From: Rhodospirillales bacterium
GTDB lineage: Bacteria > Pseudomonadota > Alphaproteobacteria > Bin95
Reading direction: 5' to 3'
NCBI GenBank assembly: GCA_038143065.1
Contig: JAYQLI010000001.1
Location: 1 to 28,005 of the forward strand
DNA: 28,005 nucleotides
The notes below the pieces were generated by a model. That model did not search any database and was not told the origin of the DNA. It saw only the letters and a list, made by a program, of their open reading frames with translations. Below, in pieces: positions 20,760-28,005 of the stretch (its first letter is position 1; each line of letters begins with the position of its first letter). The translations under genes and the position numbers were made by a program.

Positions 20760-21412
20760 TTTCGCTCTCCTCTTTTTAAAATTAATTGCGTTAGACTTGC
20801 TGTCACTGCTTTCCCAAGGTCTTCTGCATCCTCTCGCGATAACGACTTGATACGGTCCTTATCCATCAAAACCTGAAACCACGGTGCTATTGCTAAAAGA
20901 GTGACATCCTCTGTCGCAGGGCCATCCTCTGGTAATCCAAGTTTTCTAAGCGCCTGTCTCATTTCCTGTTGTATGGAGGTCCGTCTTGCCAAATTCTTAG
21001 AAATACCAAACCTCGGCCTAGGCTCAGACATACTCATTCTCATCTCATTCGGTTCTTCAACCGAGGATCTTAGCCTTCTAATTGTGCTTAGCGCTGGGTT
21101 ATCGCTATTAGGAAAAAGATCTTCTAACTCTTCCAAATCCGAAAAATCAAAGTGCTCCGCAATTTTACGCAGTGACCAACCATCTCTTAATAGAACGCGC
21201 GAAAGAACCAATTTAAGCAAATGCTCATAGGTAAATTCCAGCTCCCTGCCCGCTCGATCTACATCGCCTAAGATACCACGCTGAATGTAGTCGCGCACCA
21301 TTCTGACAGTGATTTCGCCGTCATCACTTAAGTCGAAATCGTCAAAGACCTGGCCAGCTGTTGTTACCAGCCTTTCAAGATTTCCCTGCCAATCAATGTA
21401 TCTTTCAAGCAT
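20756..21412 (-). CDS. MerR-like HTH protein, translationally coupled to vWA
   Basis: ITVRMVRDYIQRGIL...FTYEHLLKL...LLRDGWSLRKIAE; AAGGAG RBS before ATG at 21412; ATGA overlap with vWA. Confidence 0.75.
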   Translation of the reverse strand: MLERYIDWQGNLERLVTTAGQVFDDFDLSDDGEITVRMVRDYIQRGILGDVDRAGRELEFTYEHLLKLVLSRVLLRDGWSLRKIAEHFDFSDLEELEDLFPNSDNPALSTIRRLRSSVEEPNEMRMSMSEPRPRFGISKNLARRTSIQQEMRQALRKLGLPEDGPATEDVTLLAIAPWFQVLMDKDRIKSLSREDAEDLGKAVTASLTQLILKRGERK

Positions 21413-21434
21413 CTCGTTTCTCCTTGGGGAGCAC

Positions 21435-21480
21435 TTAATGACACTTACATTGATTGATGTCAATAACAAATTTTGATGTA
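21435..21480 (-). promoter_or_regulatory. Promoter/operator of the MerR-vWA operon: TTGACA inside an inverted repeat
   Basis: TTAATGACA-N14-TGTCAATAA (8/9 match) with inner TTACAT..ATGTCA and an extra TTGATGTAA half-site; minus-strand TTGACA at 21463-21458. Confidence 0.55.
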
Positions 21481-21559
21481 ATTTATATTCTCTGCTTAAT
21501 TTGGAAATAAATTTCTTGATTTTTTTGATATTTGTTTGTAGTGTAGAAGCCTAGATTTT

Positions 21560-21588
21560 CGATGTGACGAGTCGCATCGTTTTTTTTT
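21560..21588 (+). terminator. Intrinsic terminator-like hairpin upstream of ORF 21674
   Basis: CGATGTGAC-GA-GTCGCATCG (one G-U pair) followed by 9 T. Confidence 0.6.
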
Positions 21589-21597
21589 GAGATATTA

Positions 21598-21671
21598 CTA
21601 TCTCCTCTTCTCCAATTTTTTGTCGGCCGAGCTCTGGTGAGACCAACAAAAAATTGGAGAAGAGGAGATAG
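21598..21671 (+). repeat. Perfect 26-bp inverted repeat (22-nt loop) whose right arm contains the RBS of ORF 21674
   Basis: CTATCTCCTCTTCTCCAATTTTTTGT (21598-21623) pairs with ACAAAAAATTGGAGAAGAGGAGATAG (21646-21671); ATG is at 21674. Confidence 0.9.
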
Positions 21672-21673
21672 AT

Positions 21674-22184
21674 ATGATATCCCAATTTAATTTTTCGCAA
21701 ACCGACAACACACAATTCACAGTTTCACCAAATCGATTAGACGAAGCCCGACAGGCAATTCAAACCTTAGGGTTCGAGCTGATGGAGATTTGGCATGAAG
21801 ATAATGTCCATTCTTACGAAATCTGGACACATGCTACCTCTGCGCAATCAATCAGATTAAATATTTCTGAACTAGATCCATCCGAGACATCCGAAAACGA
21901 CGCATCGCGCCAGGAAGTGGTCGATGAGCTTATAGATCTTTGGCATATGCTTAGTTCTATACGCGATCATTTAAAACCATCCGATGATTATGAATTTGAC
22001 ACTGGAGGTTTCAACTCAACCAGTCACATCCTGGGAAAGGTTTTGGCAAAATGTTGAAGAATTTAGATCTGAAAAAACTGCCTATCCAGAAAACTGGCGA
22101 TTTATATTTCGCCCGGAAGTAGATGAATATGTAGCTGCATATCAAGAATTATCGGCAGCAGACCGTGCCGCAATTACACAGTAA
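21674..22184 (+). CDS. Acidic hypothetical protein (probably one gene with a frameshift near 22040)
   Basis: Strong GAGGAG RBS; overlapping ORFs 21674..22057 and 21984..22184. Confidence 0.55.
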
Positions 22185-22210
22185 TCAGATATAAAACGAG
22201 GAAATTTGTC

Positions 22211-22589
22211 ATGTTCAAGCTTTTCAATTCTAAGAAAAATGAAGCCAATCTTCAGAACTTTGATCCAGATAAAGTCACAGTCCATTATGAGGGTGGAGTT
22301 GTTTCTCCAGAGTATGCTGCAGAAACTTTAAATCGAACAAAAATCAATAACCAAAATTACCCTTGGCATAATTTGTTTCCCCCATGGTCACGGCAAAATC
22401 ACCTATAAGCTCAATAACGAAATAATAGAACAATACACGGGTGAATTCGAAGCCGGTCAGTATCACGGGAAAGGTACTCTAGTGGATTCAAACGGCGAAG
22501 TTTTTGAAGGAGAGTTCCGAGAAAACAAATTTTTAAGTAAACAGCAAAAAAGGCAACATTCTTGGTTGTCTCAAAGTATCATTAAATAA
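22211..22589 (+). CDS. Short MORN-repeat protein (frameshifted)
   Basis: GAGG RBS; second frame reads HGKITY...YTGEFEAGQYHGKGTLVDSNGEVFEGEFRENKF. Confidence 0.6.
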
Positions 22590-22621
22590 ATAGTTCAACC
22601 TATAGGTCATGAGGCATTAAA

Positions 22622-24728
22622 ATGGACACAGAAAACAAACCAATCAATCTAGGGTTTTTCTATCAAATGGATGGAACAAGAACACTTTTAAAATGCTCGA
22701 AATCTAACTCAGTTATAGCAAACAATTTCTCTAAAGACGGATGGTATGTCTACTCATATGACAGTGCAGCAACAAAACCTCCAGAAGACACTCCATACAC
22801 TTTATATTTTAACCACCCCCTTTGAGTGGCCTTAAAACTTATCTTTCCAGCTATCTTTTCTCAGGTTGGACCAAAGACAGTCAACCATTTAAGCGCGACC
22901 TATGGCATGGATATTATTTCATATATGTTAAAAGGAAGTTTAGCTGAGCGTTTAAAAAAAACAGAGAATATCAAAACCATCAAAGCTCTAGAAGCAGGCT
23001 GAAAGATAGTAAAGATAATGCTCTAAGTACTATTTTTTTAAATGAGCTAGGTTTCAAAGCCGCGCAAAAGCGTTTTATTAGAGAACAGTTTGGTTCAACT
23101 TTCATAACGAGATTGAACAAAGCCCCTTAGAAACACTCATTAAAATTCCTCGCATTACATTCTCGGATATGACCGGCATTTTAGAGCGGGTATACATAAA
23201 GGTCTCAGAAGAGCAGACGATGCTTGCGGCCACTAGCTTCAGACTTCAGCAATCTGAACAAAACTACGGGAATACCTGTGCTCCCTTAGGGTCTTTAATC
23301 AGTGCAGTTTCAAATTTAACCAATCTAGACGAAGATAAAATTTTAAAAACACTAAAAAGATAATCATAAGAGGTTCGATTGGTTTGAAATTGGATCAAAA
23401 AAGCTGTTCCAGAGTCATTCTTCCAAAGAGCGCGATCAGAAAATCCAATCCGAGCTTGAACGCATTAAACAAGAGTTCCAAAGGCTAGGTTCAAGCAAAA
23501 AATTTGTCCGCTCAGAGCTAAAACCTGGGACGATATTGAACTATCTGATGAACAGCTAATTGCAGTCAATTCATCGGTAAACGAACCCGTTTCTATCATT
23601 ACAGGGGGACCAGGAGCTGGCAAAACCACGATGGTACTGGGGTTAGTCAGCGCCTTCCAGAGGCCCTTGAGCAATCTGTCAAAATCTGTGCTCCAACAGG
23701 CCGTGCTGCAAAAAGAATTGAAGACAACCCAACATTAAAGAAATTCAATCCATCAACAATTCATCGTTACTTGGCGATGCAAAAGGGTCCCAAAAAAAGA
23801 AGACTTTGATGTAATGATTGTTGATGAAGCCTCAATGATCGATGTCGACTTATTAGTATTGCTTTTAGAGAGCATTCCAGATGGCGCAAGTTTGGTATTC
23901 ATAGGAGATCCAGTTCAGTTACCACCGGTCGGGCCAGGTCAAGTTTTCAGAGATATAATAGATTCTGACGCCATAGCTGTAAGCAGATTTGACAGGAAAT
24001 TTTCGGCAAGCAGAATTCAGTGACATAATCAAAGCAGCGCGCGGCGTCATTAAAGGCAAATTACTCGATTTTGCGAACTCTCTCGAAGCCAGCGATTTTA
24101 CATTTATTGAAACACAGGAAGATAAGGTTGCCGAAAAAGTAATAACCAACTTCTTTGAAGACCTTCCTGCTAAGCTGCCCTACACCAACAGAGTGAATTT
24201 CAAATACTATCTCCCATGCGCAACCATTCTGCTGGAATTGATAATCTAAACAACGTTATTCAAGCTAAACTTAGCTCTGAGAAAAAGCCAATTTATGAAA
24301 GACAAAGTAAAAAATATCATAAGAGATTTTTTCAGGTGATAGGGTAATTGTGACCCAAAACAATTACGAATTACAGGTAATGAACGGTGATGTCGGACAA
24401 ATTTTAGAAAACAAGGTTCGACATTTATAGTAGAGTTTGAAGGTGAAGAGGTACCATTCTCTGAAGTTGATGTAAAAAGTTTGGAACTCGCATATGCCGT
24501 TAGCATTCATAAAAGTCAGGGCTCAGAATATCCAGCTGTCATTATACCGATAACATCTGAACATTCGTTTATGCTTTCCAGAAACTTAATCTACACCGCG
24601 ATAACAATAGAGGAGGCAGCAGGTTATTTTTAATCGGCCAAATTAGCACATTAGAAAAAGCAGTTGCTAGAGTTATGAAAGATCGCCGTTATACTGGACT
24701 CAAAAGAAGAACAAAAATTCTAAAATGA
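22622..24728 (+). CDS. recD2: RecD2/TraA-like SF1B DNA helicase, many frameshifts
   Basis: Ordered SF1 motifs across frames: ITGGPGAGKTT, APTGRAAKR, STIHR, IVDEASMID, GDPVQLPPVGPG, FRQA, MNGDVG, ELAYAVSIHKSQGSEY and RNLIYTAIT. Confidence 0.85.
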
Positions 24729-25089
24729 TAAAATTTCATACTTGCTCTGGCCTATATAAGATGAAGTGAAATCAAGATCTGGAGGTTGCTGAGTAGCTCT
24801 ATGCTCATCAGAGTATACCAATCAGGTATTTCCAACTCAGGAAAAGGAAAGCCATAAGCTACAATTAGCCTATTTGGAACACGATCGGTCACCTTAGAAT
24901 GATCATGCCATTAAATCGATGTATATCTTGGATTTCTCCTCTTCGGTAACAATTCGCCGGTTTCCCCACAACATTTATCATCCCCCTGTGCAATCAAAAC
25001 CGTCAACTTGACGATTATCAAATCCCAATCGCAGGTCAGGCTTATGCACGGTATCCCTAGGGGCCTGGCACTTGCAGAGGTATTCTGAT

Positions 25090-25288
25090 CGTAGACCAAA
25101 CCGTAGACCAATTACGCCTGTTGTAGGAACTAAATCAAACAGTAGCCTTGTTTTTGTGGGGTTAATGCGTTGGGTCGTTTCCTGCCGGAGGAACCATCAC
25201 CTCCCGGTGCGCCACCTACTCACATAACGCATTGTAATACCTCACTATTTTGACTTTGATAGTGAACCGTAGACCATGCTGGCAACCA
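25090..25288. mobile_element. attP-like/tandem att junction: arm-type repeats flanking tRNA-3'-end-like cores
   Basis: CGTAGACCA at 25090, 25102 and 25268 (AACCGTAGACCA exact at 25099 and 25265); inverted AATGCGTT/AACGCATT at 25164/25226; CCA-ending segments at 25181-25196 and 25200-25214; an integrase start follows. Confidence 0.55.
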
Positions 25289-25455
25289 AATCTAATAGCT
25301 ATACCTTCAAAGGCGGCGTCTGGTATTTCTCCCGTCGAGTTTCGGAGACTTACGACGGCACTATAAAACGGGTAGGATTGCTTACTCGTTAAGAACCAAA
25401 TCCTTCAGGGATGCTCGGGTTAGGGCAATGAGCGATGCTGCTAAATTGGATCCGG
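25276..25455 (+). pseudogene. Integrase N-terminal (DUF6538-like) remnant
   Basis: MLATKSNSYTFKGGVWYFSRRV-(fs)-DLRRHYKTGRIAYSLRTKSFRDARVRAMSDAAKLD, then homology stops. Confidence 0.75.
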
Positions 25456-25476
25456 CAATTATTGGGGGGACGTCTG

Positions 25477-26182
25477 ATGACTATGATTGCCTTTGCAGTA
25501 CCAATACTTGATGGAAAACTTGAGGATTGGAAGCATATGATCCTCGACACCATGCACGGAGACAATAAACAGTCGACGGACCAAAGCAGAGAAAATGCAG
25601 GGGTGCATGAACGCTCTTATTTACAAAAAATGGAAAGTGGTCATGCTTGTATTCTTACGTGGGAAGGAGAGCATCCCCTGCCATTTTGGTTAGATTTGAT
25701 GGATGTTGCTCTGCCAGAATTTACTCGAAATTCTTGCCGGTTTGTGATGGCGAAGGTGTCTTTAACGAAGAAAATCCACAAAAATGTTAGCTGAAATGGT
25801 TTACGATAGTTTTGACAAAGACCATCCTGTGGCAGAGACTGACACACAAACATCCATGATCGCTCTTGCGCTACCAATTTTACCCGGCAAACTAGATGCG
25901 TGGAAAAAGACTATCTTAAATAAAATGCTTATCAAAAATAAAAAAGAGTCAGACGCCATTCGGAACGCTGCCAAGGTACGAGAACGTTCTTTTCTGCAAG
26001 AACTGCCAGACGGACATATCGTCGTTTTAACGTTTGAAGGTATCGATCCGGTCGCTGGCTATGAGCAAGTCATGCGGAATTTGCCACCAGAACTTGCAGC
26101 AGCTGCGATGGAATGTCATGGATTAGACGAAAATGCACTTCCGCCGCCTTTACCTGAATTAGTTTACGATAGCCGTCAGTGA
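25477..26182 (+). CDS. Hypothetical protein made of two tandem homologous domains (probably one frameshifted gene)
   Basis: MIAFAVPILDGKLEDWK...ERSYLQ...ILTWEG versus MIALALPILPGKLDAWK...ERSFLQ...VLTFEG; the halves end EMVYDS and ELVYDS. Confidence 0.65.
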
Positions 26183-26199
26183 ATAAAGTATAAAAATTC

Positions 26200-26592
26200 A
26201 TGATTAAGTCCATCGATCACATAGTTTTAACGGCACAAAATATTGAACAAACCATCACATTTTACTGTGATGTCTTGGGAATGCAGCTTGAGTCATTCAC
26301 TCCTCCGGATGGCAGTCCGGCGAGGAAAGCGTTAAAGTTTGGTGATCAGAAAATTAACCTTCACGATGCAAAAGCACCGTATATTCCTCATGCTGAAAAC
26401 CCCACTACAGGCGCTATCGATATTTGTTTCTTGAGTGACCTACCTATCCAAGAGTGGATTGAAAGGTTCGATTTGCACAACATTCCAATAGAAAATGGCC
26501 CAGTGCAAAAAACGGGAGCAACAGGCCCTCTAATGTCAATATATGTTCGAGATCCAGACGGTAGCCTCATAGAGATTTCAAACCAAATTTAA
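26200..26592 (+). CDS. VOC/glyoxalase-family protein
   Basis: IDHIVLT, FYCDVLG, QKINLH, DICF and GATGPLMSIYVRDPDGSLIEIS. Confidence 0.9.
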   Translation: MIKSIDHIVLTAQNIEQTITFYCDVLGMQLESFTPPDGSPARKALKFGDQKINLHDAKAPYIPHAENPTTGAIDICFLSDLPIQEWIERFDLHNIPIENGPVQKTGATGPLMSIYVRDPDGSLIEISNQI

Positions 26593-26602
26593 CACGCTGC
26601 CA

Positions 26603-26838
26603 TCAACAGAGTTTTCGAAGCCATTGTAACAAAATGGATTCCGGATATCCGTTGCCATAGCTGTTCCTAACGCCGTGCGTTAGCCAGCCACCAATCTGGT
26701 CGATAATCTCGCTGGGACATTCTACCGCCCTCAACCTATCACGCATTGAATGCCTAAAACTGTGAATTATGTAACCTTGCCCAATCTTGGATTTTAGCCA
26801 TTTATTCAAAGCAGCGCTGGCTGAGTTGGCATTGGTGC
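26603..26838 (-). pseudogene. Tyrosine integrase extreme C-terminal remnant
   Basis: NANSASAALNKWLK...IHSFRHSMRDRLRAVECPSEIIDQIGGW...SYGNGY. Confidence 0.8.
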
Positions 26839-27035
26839 ATGGGCCTGTGCCTCCTTTACGAGGTTCGTGAATGTTTGATTAAGCTCTGCCACTCTGGCTT
26901 TTGCCTGTTTGGCATCTGCTGTTCTCAGGGATTGCTTAAGGCTTGAGCCAAGGATGGGTTGCAGAGCCTTGGGATAGGTTCTGCGATAGACCCAGGTGTT
27001 ATGCAGTTATAGGCGTATTTTATGTCTGCAGACAT
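26836..27035 (-). pseudogene. Second integrase N-terminal (DUF6538-like) remnant
   Basis: TAAGGAG RBS; MSADIKYAY-(fs)-LHNTWVYRRTYPKALQPILGSSLKQSLRTADAKQAKARVAELN. Confidence 0.7.
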
Positions 27036-27103
27036 ACTGTCTCCTTACTGGGGCAATTGCTACGGTTTTGATGTTGGGTTGGGATTTTGTGAGTAAGAAC
27101 AAC

Positions 27104-27126
27104 GAAGGGCTGGGTTTAAGCCCTTC
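27104..27126 (-). terminator. Hairpin downstream of ORF 27142..27348
   Basis: GAAGGGCT-7nt-AGCCCTTC, perfect 8-bp stem. Confidence 0.45.
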
Positions 27127-27141
27127 CCTGAAGCAATAAGC

Positions 27142-27348
27142 TTATCTCTGTGCTGTTGTTCCTTGAGAGATGAGTTTCACAATCATCTCTTTGTCTGGCT
27201 CTCCGTATTCCCCAGCAAAGGGACCGGAGAGAGCCATACCTGTGACGAACTCCTCATAGATTTCTTCTATGCGGAATTCATGCTCTGGGATGTCATCAAA
27301 GCCTGCTATCAGCACGATGCATCCAGGTTTAATATCCAGCTGCCCCAT
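27142..27348 (-). CDS. Small acidic hypothetical protein
   Basis: 68-aa ORF with AGAGG RBS and globular-looking sequence (FDDIPEHEF...VTG.AL.GP.AGEYGEP). Confidence 0.6.
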   Translation of the reverse strand: MGQLDIKPGCIVLIAGFDDIPEHEFRIEEIYEEFVTGMALSGPFAGEYGEPDKEMIVKLISQGTTAQR

Positions 27349-27584
27349 ATCAGCCTCTTCTCAGCAGAAGATCTGGAAGCAGCAGGCCAATGGTCAGGCC
27401 CAAGAGGCACTGGAAAGGGAATGGGCTTAATGAACTCAGGCAGTCCTGCCAGCACCACTAGCGCAGCGGCTAAAAGAAACGAGGGACGCCAATAGACACC
27501 GCCCCAGCGCTGTTTTAACAGCCAGGCCAGGGCAAGCCGAAGGATACCGCCCGCAGCAGCGAGCAGCATGAATAAGGTAAGCAT
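27309..27584 (-). CDS. Small membrane protein
   Basis: AAGGAG RBS; two hydrophobic segments. The 3' end is uncertain. Confidence 0.5.
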   Translation of the reverse strand: MLTLFMLLAAAGGILRLALAWLLKQRWGGVYWRPSFLLAAALVVLAGLPEFIKPIPFPVPLGPDHWPAASRSSAEKRLIWGSWILNLDASC

Positions 27585-27660
27585 GATGGTAATCTCCTTT
27601 TCTTGTTACCATCATAGATGCTCAAAAATGCTCAGTTTTACGGGGGCATAAGGAACAAGC

Positions 27661-27763
27661 TTTCCAACAGCTTTCCAATACATTTCCAAAGATATTTCTT
27701 TTTTGGAAAGCACTTCTACAATCTAAAACAACACCTTAGATGCAAACTATCCAACTTTCCAAC
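27661..27763. repeat. TTTCCAA iteron-like repeats
   Basis: TTTCCAA at 27661, 27672 and 27683 (11-bp period), inverted TTGGAAA at about 27703, and further copies at about 27748-27763. Confidence 0.6.
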
Positions 27764-28005
27764 CTACTTTCACTTACTGAAGGTTTGACTTTTTTAGATG
27801 CGCTGGTGCGTAGGGCCATTCCACGCTTGGGTGGATTTAATCACCCGAGGGTGAGTAATGATCACGCTCAAAGCACAGCTATACTGGGCTCGGGTGAAAA
27901 GGTGGGTTACTTCAGGCACTTTTGCATGAGGTTTCAATTTTACTAAATACACGGCGAGACAACGTAAACTCTCTTTACTCATGCGCACCATACCCGACGC
28001 AAAGC

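Noticed and set aside
21598-21671. Retron ncRNA (a1/a2 inverted repeats)
   Set aside because: No reverse transcriptase is present in the window, and the 22-nt loop is too short for msr-msd.
254-24728. Mass pseudogenisation or programmed frameshifting of many genes
   Set aside because: The breaks I traced mostly fall in homopolymer runs and affect unrelated genes whose motifs are otherwise intact, which fits long-read indel error best. Polishing would settle it.
25140-25215. Complete tRNA, tmRNA or SRP RNA gene
   Set aside because: There is no D-arm, anticodon arm, GTTCGA T-loop or SRP core motif; only 3'-end-like fragments are present.
27740-28005. ORFs 27740..27946 (+) and 27794..27991 (-)
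   Set aside because: They are short, mutually overlapping, have no recognisable motif and lie at the window edge; I cannot support either.

Overview
This window is a mosaic accessory region (genomic-island-like), probably from a marine alphaproteobacterium of Rhodobacteraceae type; the taxon is inferred from gene families. Many genes are split by single-base indels in homopolymers, so this is most likely an unpolished long-read contig, and I merged the fragments. From left to right: (1) sugar kinase plus class II aldolase (254-2528). (2) A small integrase element with a 7-bp-periodic ori-like array, cut by an IS3 remnant (2800-4700). (3) A visibly GC-richer divergent catabolic cluster: GntR, ArgE-type deacetylase and Rieske oxygenase on the minus strand; EutA-like racemase/isomerase, PhyH dioxygenase, DoeA/EutD-like hydrolase and a second PhyH on the plus strand (4734-11658). 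It looks like a rewired ectoine-type pathway for another substrate. (4) An AT-rich block: extensin-like, YHYH-thermonuclease, divergent PanB, DUF2130, HD protein, two small ORFs sharing a 44-bp leader, PD-(D/E)XK nuclease, MORN proteins, a MerR-like/vWA/small conserved protein operon, a terminator plus a perfect 26-bp hairpin over an RBS, and a RecD2-like helicase (11.8-24.7 kb). (5) An attP-like junction with tRNA-3'-end-like cores, split integrase remnants around two cargo genes, and iteron-like repeats (25.0-27.8 kb). I found no CRISPR array, rRNA or complete tRNA.
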